A DNA stretch of 64,000 nt from Lingula anatina (Eukaryota > Animalia > Brachiopoda), in NCBI GenBank assembly GCA_051362555.1, contig CM120640.1, forward strand, positions 56,894,788-56,958,787. The letters are read 5' to 3'. The position numbers and the translations under genes are program-made. Of this stretch, positions 25,901 to 40,077 are shown in pieces; within the stretch, counting starts at the first letter, position 1, and each line of letters begins with the position of its first letter. The notes under the pieces were generated by a model, which ran no database searches, was not told the origin of the DNA, and saw only the letters and a program-made list of their open reading frames with translations.

Positions 25901-28900
25901 GGCATTGATTTTGTCATAAGTTACGATCTTAACAATATAATGAAAAAAAGCAGTAACCACACAAAAAATAGGAAATAAATTACACTATATCTATAGCAAG
26001 TTTTAGCTGGATGATTAATTTCCAACAGATACACATTTCATTTACTCATTGAAGGATATTTTGCATTGCCAAAAAGAATGAAAGTATTAGTATCAAATAC
26101 ATGCAAAGTGAATAACCAAAAAGTCCTGATTTAAAAATAGTTTCATGGGATCTATAAAAAATTATACAAAAAAAAAAATCATGAAGACATGAAGATAGAC
26201 TACGACCAAGTCTAGATGAGATCTTGATAAAACAGTCAACAGGATTCTAAATCTTCATGAATATTTTTCAGCATGGAAGTTCTGACTGTTTTTACTTTTT
26301 GAGATTATAAAGAAAGTTACAGGTACTGAAGGAACCATAAGTATTACATGATTTCTTATTCTGTCTTGTAAAATGTGTCATACTAGAAGGGGAAAAGGAA
26401 ACAGCTAACAAAGTCATCATATACTAAGGAAATGAGAAACATACCATGTCAAAACAAAAGGAAAATGTCTGGTAGAATAATATTAACTTCATCAGATTTT
26501 AAATGATATAACAATTGGAAATAAATGGACAAAATTTAAAATAATCCAAGATAAAAATAAAAAGGTGCCACTGCGAAAAAGTAGTTTATATATCAATACT
26601 ATTAACTTATAATTAATAAAACCGATAACACATACCAGTAAAATACCACAATTTAGCTTAACCAATAACTAACTACTATCAAATCCAAAAACATTTCACA
26701 GACAGGCTTACACAGACTGAATTATAATACAGTGTTATCTGTGCCCAGGTGCTATGGTTCATCAAAATGGCGACTATCTAAATTACCTAGAATCCTTGAA
26801 ATTGTTCCTTTACTAACTTTTGTTAAGTCCCATCATAACCCATGTCTTTTTTTTTATACTACTTATACTACTAATAAAAGGGTTAGCATTACCACACTAA
26901 CAAATGTGAAATCTTTCAATTCCTATCCCATACCTTAATAAGTTATGTAATTGTATGTCAAACAGAGATGTAGTTAGGATGAACAACAGTAGCTAATAAT
27001 GAACATTAGAAAACATTAGTTAACAACACTACCTTATTATCTGCATTTGTCCAGTTGAAGTTGGTTCTAGGAACTGAGTCCAGTCTACCTTTAAGACAGA
27101 GCCGGTAGAGATAATACCAGAGCTGCAATTGGCTGCCAGTCATGCCATTTAAACAAAGGCAAGCAAGTAAAAGATGAATAGGCAAAGAGTCTAAGACGTC
27201 AACATACGTCTCGTATATCACCTGAGAGTAGAGAGTGGTATGGGGAGTGCAGGAAACGCTCTTTGCTATAACATCCTGTACCTCACAGTAAATAATGAGT
27301 ACATTAAAACAAGCATCAATTGTTAATTATCTTCAGAGTTGACCCTTCTGAAATAATCCCTCTGCCAGGGGGACCTAAAATAACACATTTTATAAATTAC
27401 AACACATGTTTCAAATAGACTTAGTTGGATTGCTGACAGGAATTTTCAGATGCTTTTTAATGTCTGTTACAATCCATGGAGTCACCTGGTTAAATATGGG
27501 CAAAAGAGTTATTGTTTCTTACAGTCCTGCCCCATTTGATGGCAGTGGTCTACTAGACCAATGGGCTCTCCGTATGCCCAACTGTCAGCAACCAATCAGT
27601 GTTCACCAATATGGGGACATGACAGATGAAATGATAAAGTGAATTCTGATACCTGTCTAGTTTACAACTCATACTACTTGGTAAGAAAAAATACTAATAA
27701 GGACAGATATATGTCAATCCATAGATTATAAACTGAAAGAGTTATTTGACAGCATACAGAGCCATATATTATGAAGAGAACAGTAACAGTCATTATTTAT
27801 GCCCATCTATCTCAAAGCACACTCTGTGGAGTATTATCGTCAGAGGAACACTAAATTACCAACAAACAGCTCCCTTTTGTTATAGCATTATCTAAGCCTT
27901 ATGCTGAACTTATTGCTTAATTATCTATTTTTGACATCTAAAAATAACGATATCAAAAATCTTTTTATAAATCACATAATCATCTAAGGTCATACACCTT
28001 AAATATTTTTGACCTGTATTCCAAAATAAAATTTATCTCATTTCTACAAAATCTGACATCAAGTTCTCTGATGTTTTGTCTCACAACCATGACTATCCAC
28101 TGACGTCAAAACCAAACTATATATTTCTCCCTCTCTCAAATCACAGATGGAATTAAGTGTGTAGGGTGCCTGGAATCTAGGAAATCACTGGTTCCTTTGA
28201 ACACACCTGGAAATCTGATCTGTGGCATCTTCAATTAAATCAATCAATTGTGCCGCATCATCAGTGATGTAGCCTCTGACTAAGGCTTCCTCCCCCATTG
28301 TTATCAAACAGCTTAAGTACAATGGTCCAATTTCAACAGCATGAAAAAAGGCCAGCCTGTCGTAAAAGAATAGAGATAAACACTAATTCTCCTCATCATG
28401 TTGAAGAAATTGGCTTATTTTAAAAGTAGTTTAATCCTCATAATTTATAAATAATCTACCTTCCACAACCCTCATGCAACAATTAAAAAAAACACTGCAC
28501 TATGATTACCTCTCATTTTTGTCAGTGACAAAGTTTCAAAATTGTTTGAGATAACTCCAGTGACAATATAATAAAGTAAAAACCTGACAAACGTATCACA
28601 ATTTCAAAAAGAAAAAAATGATTGAAATAAAGTTTATTTACACACTAAAAAAGATTAAATTTTTGATGAGTTCTAGAAATTTTGCAAAGAAAGCAGCTGT
28701 CTGCACAGTGCCTTGGAAATAATTCATGCCACCATCAGGTAGGAAACAGCTAAATTTTCATTACAACAGTGAATCTATTCTGGGCGTTGAAACATCAAAA
28801 CAATAATAACAGCCAGTAGCCTACAAGACCACTATCTACCTGGATGAAGCATCCCATTACAAAGAATTCATTACCAAGTAAGGCAAGAGCTGACTCAAAA

Positions 28901-31900
28901 CCCAGGATCTAATTTCAACAATTAACAACACTGCCAATGACTTGAGCAATTTCAGCACAAACAAAGCACTGATTCAAGGTAACTTTGCACTGAGGAAAAG
29001 GGGATCATCTTTCACAAATGATAGCTTTAGAATAGATATAGGAGCACAAGTGCTGGCACTGCAAGCCAAAATCTTGGAGTTTAATTGCATCAGGTGGGCT
29101 TGGTTTAATCCCCATCAATGCTGATTGATTTAGGAAGGGGTGATGAGTACATTGTGCAATGCAGCTGAATGGTCTGTGATTGAAACAATATGCCTATTCT
29201 AGCCTCCAATTAGAACATCTTCACAGATCTGGGCTACCTGCAAAGGTAGGAGTCTGGTGCTGGTTAAACACTGATAGCAGAACATCATGGAAAACAACAG
29301 GGTCTTGTCTCTCTTGTCTGCCAAACACATTAACAGCCTATCTTGCTCACGGGATAAGAATGCAGGGTAAAATTGAATAAACACTTTCCTGACAACTACT
29401 ATATAATGTCTCACTTCTACAGGCATTTTTAATACTAGTCTAAAATACCACATTAACCATAGTTAATTGGATCAATTTTTTTCAATGCTTCCAATTTAAA
29501 AAAAAGTCACAACCAAATTGAAATTTTGATGAAGTCCTTAGTTTAAATAAAATAACAAAAAAAACATAATAATAATAATAAATCTAGCCTTAATGATCAT
29601 GACTTGCCTAAAGAACATTAAAAAGTCAACCATAAAAAAGGGATGGATTAAACAAGTAACAAAGCTCTAGCACAGTGGACCTTAACTATGGGTCTCATTA
29701 AAGGCAATGTATAAGATGTAATGAAATCTATAGCCTGTAGAAAAATGTTGCAAACACTAACATGGGCAGCATCCACTGAAGCCATTACCTTAGGCCACTA
29801 CATACTTACACCATCTGGTTTACTTGGATGTACAGAAATGTCAGTTGGATGGACAATCAAGTACAAGCTAGACTCGCTGAAGATTTCATCACAGAAAACA
29901 TGCACTATTTCTTGTCTTAAGGAAAAAAGGGAACATATCTGCTATTAAATTAAATTAGAGGCAGGCTGACCATCAAGTTCAATAAAAATGCATATATTCA
30001 TGAGTGGACAATGAAATTAATCTTGGTGCACTAAGGAATCCATAGTCCTATCAATTTCAAGCAAAGAAAACAATCTACTGCGCAAAAGGGCAACTTTTTC
30101 AATACTAATCAACCAAAGAAAGCCGATCTGACTTTCATGGAAATTGTATCTGTATTTAAAACTTTGTCAACTCACTGTCTCTCTGAAGTTGTCTAATACG
30201 TTGCAAGTGATAAATGCAATCTAGTAAAACGGAATTGTCGATCCTCATAAAAAAATCCATGACAGAGCTTTTCTTCTTTCCCAGTCCTCTTCATCCATCC
30301 CTGCAACAATCTATACTTTCAGCAAGAACAATTGTGTGTGGCTATTCAGAATTGCTATGGTAACCAGAAAAAGATACCCTTGAGATTTAGATACAAGATG
30401 AAACTTTATTCTATCAAGCCAGCATCTTCCCAATTTATTGGAAAAGAACAATGCTTAGATTACAATGCCATTTTCACATCCAAAATGTCATTTTCCTCTT
30501 TTCACTGGCTGGCCTAATCAATAAGAAAATAAATTAATTTCACTTGTGCGGCAACAATACCACATAATCCTGTTCACGGTCTAGGACTATGATATATTTT
30601 AAAACTGTACAAAGGAGACAATGCAGCAGATTCATACACAAAAAAACAATCCATTGACATCAGCTGTGTGTTACAATGCAGCCATGATTGATGTAGAGCT
30701 GCAAGCACTCAAGAGCAATACAAAAACAATAGGTCAATCCTTCTTTGTCCTCTACTGACATACAGTGACAATCATAAAAAGGCCTGGGGTAGTAGGTGAG
30801 GTTAAAGCACAGTTCATTTTCTATTGAAATAGTTATTTCTAGTGTGCATGAAAATATCTTTATTTCTGAAAACTTCTATATGTACAATTACAAAGCCGTT
30901 AGTGTAAAGAAAATTCATGTACAAATATTGAGTAAATATGCTTTAGTTTAAACTAAATCCACTAGACATCAAGTGTCCAGAAAATTTCTCCATTAGAGAA
31001 AAACATAAGTATGGACATGAACCAATATGCCATGTTTGACACAACAACCCACACACATCTGCTCCTTCATGTTACTGGATGGATTTAATGGAAGTTGCTT
31101 TTTCAAGGTGACTTGACACCAACAGGTAAATTACACAGGTAAATGACAGGCAATTGATTCAGCAACTTAATCTTTTGTGAGCATTATTTGATGGAGGCAA
31201 TTCTGCTGATCACAGGCTATCTGCTCTTGTCATTTCTGCTTGATTTGATGGTGTAATCGTGGGTAATTGTCCTGATATTTTAAACCAAGACTTATTTTTC
31301 TTTCTGTCTTCTGGAATTTTTTCATTTAAATTCACTTATTTCTCAAAAATGTATATCTATATTTCAGACTATTTTCGTAAGTATTTAAATCACATTATTT
31401 CGATTATGGTCCTATTCTATACAACTATACATGGACATGCAGTAAGATCTGATAACTGGTAATTAACAATTTAAAGTGACAACTGAACTAGCAATGAATA
31501 TGATAAATAACCTCTTCCTCAGTACTGCACTGTCAGCAATATAATTAAGATCCTTATATTGGCTCCTGTTTATCTAAACAAAAGGCTTTTTAAATTAGCA
31601 TTTTCTGCAATTAACCTTTCTACAATTTATAACATATTTTGCACATTGCCTGGGAATGTTTTATTTATATAGGGGGAGGGTCTAATGGATCAAGTTAACA
31701 AATTATCTCAGAATATCTCAAATTAGTTTAGTTTCTAGTTTTACTGATCAATACATGATTAAATAAAGTATTACATTAATTCTCCTTTATTTCAAAGAAC
31801 TTTAAGAAACAAGGAATGTTATACATTCTTCAATGCAAAAGCAAAATGTAGGCCAAACATACATGGAGTCTATGACTCAGACATGCACATCTTAAACCAT

Positions 31901-33628
31901 GCTGAGACTCTCCATAAGCTGCATACAATAACTCAATAAAACAAAACATTTGTAATATCCTATAGGAAGTAGAAAGTCAAGTAGATGAAAAAGAAAGCAA
32001 TGCACTGAACAGTAATAAACAAGAAATATATGTAATGACAAAATCACTTTTCGAAAATGGGTCTTGTGATTAGAAAGTATACAAGAAATTAGACACACCG
32101 GTATTAAGACAAGTCACATACTTACAAAACGAATACTTGCAGTAACCTATAACAACAAAAATCATTATTTTGATTCAATGTTGGACTCTAACCGCCCCTC
32201 ATATAGCCAATATCTTGGGCTAAAGGAATCATTGTTTAAAATTATATCTGAATTGATTTGATTGTGTTAGAGAAGATTAAACAACAAGATGGCAAATACC
32301 ACAAAATGTCTAATTAACAGTATACTATCCATAATTTCCTCACCAAATTAACTTTTCATCAAAAAATGCGTAATTTTCTCCTACTGACAAATCACTCCTC
32401 AACTCACCCCTGGACTTGGATTCATTGTTTTATAAAGTTTCTAATTATATATTTTAGTTCTATATGACTGGCCAGTTTTTTAGACCTCCATGTCTTCCTG
32501 TACAATTCAGTAGGTAATATCCTCATCAGGTAATTTTATCTGCCGTGTTTTATTGTTTTTAAGTGTGCAGCATATTTAGACATAGAAAAAGTGAAAAGTG
32601 ATTGGGGGCATTTTCAAATGAGAAACACTGTAAAACTAATAAAATAAAAACATTAACAAAAAGCACTCAATTCACAACTTCATGTAAGATTTAATGGATA
32701 TTCATCATAAACTAGATTGAAACCTGATTATTTTAAATTATTTTTTTAGAAATCAGACAAAAAAAGGAAAAATAAAGTATAATACATAGGTGCAAAACTA
32801 TGTAAGGAAATTCATGTACGTAAAGTTAAATTGAAAATAGTGGCAAGCTATGTTAGGATGAATAAGCAAACTTGCATCCACAGATACAGAGGATGAAAAA
32901 TCGAGTTTGATACACCTTTTCTCTCCTTGATCAAGGTATTGGTGAAGAGGTAGTAGGGTTCAAATCCCACACAATTACTTCATTAAAATAGACATGTTTA
33001 TATATTGTGCATTCTTGCAACAGGAAACCTACATTGTCAGAAAAAATTATTGTTGCATATTATGATACTTTTTTACGGCATATTGTATTGATATATGTCA
33101 ACAATACATAATTGTGCTTTGTATTCATATTAAGACTAAGAATACAGGTACCAGTCAACTTCATTGTGATATCTGTTATTGGTTGTTAAGTAGGATAAAG
33201 GCTTTTATGTGCCATCAGCCAATTGTTTTTTCAAGATGGCAGAGACATAAATAGGGGTAGGACACCTCACACACTTACCTCACTTAATGCAGAGACTTGT
33301 TATCCTAAAATTATTTACCCTTCAAAATTTGAAAATTAAAATTTTGTTTTTATATACTGGAATTGAATTATGAAATTAAGCATAATGACAACTGCTATAG
33401 ATTCAACTAGCCCAAAATCAAGTGATGTTTACAGTTTAGTGTGAAATTTTTCAACTAATTTCATCAAAAGAAACATATCAGTGAAGGGTAACAACTTTAA
33501 AATAATCACCAGAAACACGTACAATTATCCTTTTTATACTATTTTGCCTTCAAATTCATTGTTACATAAGAAAAAAAAAACAAATGCATGGAAATAAACC
33601 ATTTAAAAATCAGAAGCGAATATCCTAC

Positions 33629-33707
33629 CTTCCACATTGCTGTTCCTTGGAGTGAGGGTCTTCAGCACTGGCAGCCAGCTTGTTATTAAAATGAAAATCA
33701 GGCAAAC
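33629..33707 (-). other. Candidate non-coding (5' UTR) exon of SoxD
   Basis: Very strong acceptor cattctctcctctctctccag and donor AAG|gtagga, 79 nt. The first coding exon begins with an acceptor, so upstream exons are expected. Confidence 0.55.
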
Positions 33708-36648
33708 CTGGAGAGAGAGGAGAGAATGACAGTAAGTATCCATTGACATTTGATGTCAGGAGGTGTGAGCCTATGGTAGGGTTGGGCAACTTGAACCACT
33801 AAAATACAGCCTGGTTCACCCTCAGAAGTGTCCACAGGAAGCATCATTGTAATACTGTTTTCTGTATATTAGTGCTTCTAATTTACAATTTACACACTGT
33901 CATTGGTAACTGTTACTTAAAAAATATAGAGGAAATGACTATTATGCAAAAATATCCAGACATATTCCCTAAATACGGTAGAATCAGTTTACAAATTGAG
34001 AAACAGAACTTTAAAAGAAAAATGTAATATTTCCAAAAAAAAAACTCATTGTGCCTTTCTCAACGAACGTTCCTATTCTCTGTGTCTACTTTGAAGTCTT
34101 GTCATATCCTCAGTACATCATGCTTTTAACCCTAGCTGTGCCACACTGACGGACTTGGGTAGATTCAAACTCCGATATTTTTAGTTAGTCTTCAAATCCC
34201 AGTCTAACACTTGTGTTATTGTTCTATTGTTTTTGCATAAAACATTAGGCTTATAATGCATCTCATAAGACTAACTCTCACCTTCAGAGTATTCTGATAT
34301 TCGATTATTTCTGAGTGGAATGATGCTAAGTACACACCCCTCACAATAAGTCCTGGCTATACTTGCTAATGTTCCCCCAAAGAACGAAGCAGAGTCTCAG
34401 TCCTATTGTTTTGATTACCTCTGGGCTCCCTTCAGAGCACAGTGTTAATTACCTGTTTGACTCGTGCATTCCTGACTCCACAACATTAAATTGCTACACT
34501 GTCGGTTGGCCATAATTGCCAGTGCATGCACTCAATTGCCGAGAACCTTTAGCTTGACTCCCTGTCTTCAGTTCACACACTCTGATTAAAAGTCTTCTGA
34601 TTTGTCCCAGGGGGAGGAAAGGTTTTCAATGTAGTCTCAAGTCAGTGACACCTTCCTCTTCTAATCACTAAGAATTCAGCAATTCCGTCTCACTAATACT
34701 TTTTATTAAAACAATTGAAAATAAAATAATTCCTTTTGCCGATATTGAGAGCAGAATCTCTGGAGAGCTTCCAGACGATTGATTAACAGGCGCTGTCCCC
34801 TAACATTGATCCAAGTTAAACTCATCGTGCTATTGTACATTGATCCATCGTCATGTATTAGAATGCATACTTATCAAAATGCTTTTACAGAAGTGCCGCT
34901 CATTAGACAAAGTCTATTTTCTCAGGCCATTGTAAGATGGAAGTAATTTGTCGGTGCTGCAGAGTGCTTCCATAATTTCATTAGCTGATATCTTCACACA
35001 GAGTGTTTGTGCATTTGCTCCTGACCACAGAAATACAATCAATGCCTTCTTCCTGTGCTACAAGAAATCACTTCTTCCTCTTTGTTCCTGACATTACATA
35101 CAATGGAAAGTACAGAAAATGTAAACCCTATTCTTGTATTTACATTACAAGTAGACTGGATTTCCACATTATCCTCAGAAAACTCATAATATTTTTTCCT
35201 TTAGCTTTCCTTTGGACTTTCCTCTTGAAATTAAATATCAATTAGAACTTTTAACAGTCCAATTTCAGAAAGTCAGATAAAAAAATCATTGCAAATACAA
35301 TTTATTGGCAGCTTCCTTTCATTTGCGCAAAGGGTGAGAAGATTAAACACATTTATATGTTACTTTTTCAATGCCAGCTCTATTTATATCTACAAAATAA
35401 TTCGACATATTAAAGTTAAACATTGGCAGAACAATTCCTATTGTCATTTAGGATACATCAGTGAGTTTTCATCAGTAGTGGAAGAAAGCGAGTAGATATG
35501 CACGATTGATTTTTGATGAAATTGTCATGTTGTCTTGCCTTATTATTGATAATGTTTGCATGCACTGGTGTTCGCCTGAGATACTGCACTGCGTGGAAAG
35601 AGAAGAGGTTGATTCTGTCACAGTTCCGTCTGCCCCAACTTCGATTGCATTTCTGCACAGAACTTAGTATTGAACAATGGGGAAGGAAATTAAAAGTTGC
35701 AGAAATAGAAAATGTAGCAAGTGCAACTGCGTGAGGGCTCCATAAGCAGCCAACCAGATCTAACATGCATTTTAGCAATGGAAATGCACTTTGTTTCATT
35801 TACACAATGGCGCCAAGAGGGCAAAGCGCTTCATCTACAATAACATCCAATTGTGTTTTAAAGCAAAGATTATCACATCACAAAACTTCAAGATTTAAGA
35901 TTATTTAAGGGTCTGAAACAATATCTGACTACTGAGGTATGCTTCACCGACTCTGCGTGGGGGTGGATCAGCAATGCCTAAAACATGATCAAAGTAAAAG
36001 ATGTTTTTGTGACTGGTGTTCACTTTTAATTAAATAAACAGTCAAATCCTTATATTCTAACTCTGCACAGGCCACACACTAAGTGTTGTGTTTACGGTTA
36101 TAATATAAAATTGGCATCAAGGGATTTCAACATTTTACAGGTATGCAGACAATCTGATTTCTCTGCAATGCACAACTTCTTTAAATCAAATGATCATATA
36201 TCCATACATCATTTGATAGAGTAATCATTCTTTCTGGGCAAATGCTTCAATTTTGAAAGAAAAGATATACAGTTACATCTTGTTGAAGTGGCATTTCCTA
36301 ATATTTACAATGAAGTAACTTTCTTGTCTTCCACCAAAAATATTTTCAAAACAGTGCTAAATATGGTATATGGTAATATCACATGATTATACCATACCCA
36401 ACCATGTGTACTTTAGTCTTCTGTTTAATGGAAAAAAGATTTGTTAACAAGTTATATCTACCTGTGTATTTTGACCAGACTCAAGAAATCGTTCTTCTTC
36501 TAAACACTTTTCTGACATATATCTGCTGAATATAAAGGAAGATCACAATACGAAATATGAATTGGTAAAACCTGCATTCATCCACTGCTGTAAGTTTTGC
36601 TTTACTATTGTATGGTATGGAATGTTAAATTTCTCATTTATTGCTTAA

Positions 36649-36987
36649 AGGGATAACAACTGTTCAGAAGATATCCATATTTCATAATAAATTTATTGTA
36701 AACAATTCATAGGTTATAATGAATACTATTTTACCACCAAAACATTGGTTAACATAATTATTCTGGAATTTGTGCTTGCTATCACATCACATGACCTCTA
36801 TAGATGGCTACACTCTGTAATAATCTCTTAAGAGAATATTACAAAAAAAACTTTTTAGAAAAAAAAAAAAAAACAGGGACTAACTTTGAATGTGGGAATG
36901 GATTCATTAACCACTGGTAAGAATAAGAAAACTGTCCTTTAAACCAGGAAAATCCATTCTTGGCCAAAATGAATAGTTGTTATCCCT
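36649..36987. mobile_element. Kolobok-like non-autonomous DNA element
   Basis: TTAA on both sides (36645-36648, 36988-36991). TIR AGGGATAACAACT / AGTTGTTATCCCT. Second partial copy at ~4660-4828. Confidence 0.8.
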
Positions 36988-39822
36988 TTAATATTTTCAC
37001 ACAACTGTCATTAAAAAAAAAAAGAGATGACTATGTAGTAAAAAAGTTTGCAATCTCTACTCTTATATTGCAACTAGACAAATAACAACAATTGTGAGCT
37101 TTGTGTATTTTTCACACACACATTTTAAAATATACTTCCATTGTCTCTTGTTCATATGACCTGGGTCATTCTTTTTAATTCAAAATTAACATGTGTGGGG
37201 TTCAATACTGAGATATCATGACATGCAACAAATAATTTAATTATCTGAATGAATTAATATTTTCCCTCTGCAATTCTCACACAATCCTTTTCCCGCCACA
37301 AACAGTGCAAAGTCCAATTATTAAGTGCTGTCAAAAGGAGTGTTAACTTAACATCTTGATAATTTTCAATTTCTAAAAAATTCAATCCAATATGTTTCAC
37401 TTTTGATAAGAAACATAATCACCAGAATTGGAATAAAATCCTGTAAAAATTTTGGTTGCTGTCCTGAACAACCATCCAGTATGATCCAATCCAGTGGTTT
37501 TGGAGCACCTGTAATCCTAAGAGCTGCTTTGTTGCCAACCCTCATAACATCATATCAGACAATAGATTAAACACACGGACATACCATATACCATCTTACC
37601 CTCTATACAAAACTTCCCATCTCTTAACTTCTGTGTCTCTGGGAACAGCTGCTTACAAACTTTCTGCATCTAGTCCCTGCCACATTGTAACCACCTTGCA
37701 CTATCTGTGGCCCTATTTACATGGTATCACTTCACAATAGGCAGCTATAACTGTACAGTTCTTTTCTTTATCATCTATTGGGGATTTGTTCTTATCAATG
37801 TTAATATAGGTCAGTCACTTGTGAATCCCTTCGACCTGCCTAGCTACCGTGTTGTAGGGAGTGTTAGGAAGCTGGGCTCATTTTATAAAATGGCTTCATT
37901 TACCCCTCTTTTTTTCTTTGTGTATTCAAAATTGTAGAAAAAAATGCAATAATTACTGGCTAATTGAAAGTCTTATCTCATTCCAACCTTCAATACTTTA
38001 AAATCAAATACAGAAGAAACATCTTCATTACTGCACAAAATGAATATGCAAAGGAACAATGTTACACTGTAATTCTTATAACTGCTTTTTCACCAAAAAT
38101 CACCTTAGTACATGTGCTCCTTACAGCTAGACCACTTGATCAGAACAATAGAAGAATGTCTTCATACCAGTCAACGACCTGCTCCATGTCAACATCAGAA
38201 CTCACAGACGTACACTGTAATCCAAACAGTTTGTTATGTACAATACTTGATTAAGCCTATTGTTTACAACCTAATCAATACATTGGCATAAATTGATGGG
38301 ACATTATGTTAGAGTCTGTCATAAACCTCTATCTTCTGGTTTGCATTGTACGGTACATCTGTGCATGTATACCTGACTGTCTCTTCATTGTGAAATGCTC
38401 TCTTGTGCACCGATGGTGATTACTCTAACAATGTATTGAACAAATAAAACAAAAAGAGCAATGAAGCATCAAAGATTCCATTAGGACTAAATGTAATCAC
38501 TGAAACTGAAGAAATTGGTCTGGGACCTTAAGCAGACAATACGAGTATCAGCATTGCCACTGAGTGAGAAATAGATTTTTTGCATGAAAAAGGGGTGGAA
38601 AATATGAAATTGTTTTTTCCCTGGATAGAGAATATTTCCCTTTTCAACTCAAAGCTGAAAAATGCAGATTTATATTGTCTCTCTCAACATATACATATAT
38701 TATATAGCATTCCATTTTGTTATCCCCAAACAACATGATGGTATTTTAGACATCTGTATAAAGTTTCATCATGGCATCATATGTGTCTGCAATAATTGTG
38801 TATCAATATACACCAGCAATAACACAGAGTCTTGTTCCATATTCAGTATTACATAATATATACACTGTATATGTATTCAAATGAAAGGCAATGCATAATT
38901 ATCATATCTCCTGGTGCCCTTACAAACTTAAAAGCATATTCCTACTTTTTTCAGGTTTTCGTTTGTCTTCCATATTCTTTGTCTTTAATCCATGGTTAGC
39001 ATGTTATCAATTATACAAAAGTGTGGCAGATGCAGGGGGTTTGCAATATATGAAGACAAACTGAATACTTTAAAATGTGCATTTTTTTAAGAAGAAATTA
39101 CATACACTGAACAGCAAGCAGAAGATCAAGACATATTTCAAATGCAACTCCATCTTAGGCCTTGATGCATGTTTGGCAACTTTTCATAAGAAAGAGACTT
39201 AAAGGCACATCTCCATGCAAAAAAGCATCTTTAATTCAATGATAAACGTAGCTAGGTTTCAATATTACATAGGGCACAATTTTCAGCAAAGGAGGCCCTG
39301 TTTTCACCCTCACTTCTATTGTAGCTGGTCTGAAGTAATAGATTATGGTTAATTGACAGTTTTACAAAACAAGTCAACACTGGGCTTAGTTGAATCAGGA
39401 GATCCAGGGGAGCATGCATTCTTCAGTTGTTCAGCAGTCATATTTGATAGGAACAGCCAAAAAGGAAAATCATTGTTGGCTTTGATAAGATTTTAAAAGG
39501 TTTTCTTTAATCAACTTTAAAATACAGGGTCTATCGAGGTTTTATTGAAAAAGATTTTTTGTTGAAGACAGAGCGGACAGAGAAATGTATACTTCTTGCA
39601 GACTTACTTTTTAGGGACAATTTGATCATAAAACGAAAGGTTTCACTGTTGAAACAAGATATAAGATCAATATTTCCAGTGAGATATTGTTCATATCACT
39701 GATAACAAAAAGATGCCAAGTTTAATTTAAAAACAACCATCCCTCTCAACAAAAATTCAATAAGCAAGTAAATAAAAAAGATTAGCCACTGCAACTGATA
39801 AAAAGGCTGTTACAATCTAGAT

Positions 39823-39905
39823 TAAGAACGACTTAAAAACATTTAGCAACATTTTAATGTAATGATTATATTAAAATATTGTTAAATGTTTTAAAGTCAC
39901 TCTTA
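39823..39905. repeat. AT-rich, almost loopless imperfect palindrome
   Basis: taagaacgacttaaaaacatttagcaacattttaatgtaat pairs with attatattaaaatattgttaaatgttttaaagtcactctta. Confidence 0.85.
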
Positions 39906-40077
39906 GAACGCATTCAGAACAGTGGACTAAAAGATCAGCAGATCAAATATGACCGACCCACTTGTCGGTAATCCCTGCTGGGAATCTATTTAGTGTCTTA
40001 TTGAGAATTACGCAAGCTTTTATTGGGTCGCCATATTTGATCTGTGGATCTGTTAGTCCACTGTTCTGAATGTGCTC
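39906..40077. mobile_element. Harbinger-like MITE
   Basis: ~50-bp TIRs gaacgcattcagaacagtggactaaaagatc... / ...gatctgttagtccactgttctgaatgtgctc. Left flank TTA; right TSD not intact. Confidence 0.8.

Noticed and set aside
32945-32970. gaggtagtagggtt resembling let-7, followed by a B-box-like gttcaaatcc
   Set aside because: The match to let-7 breaks after ~11 nt, with no precursor hairpin or cloverleaf. At most a decayed SINE fragment.
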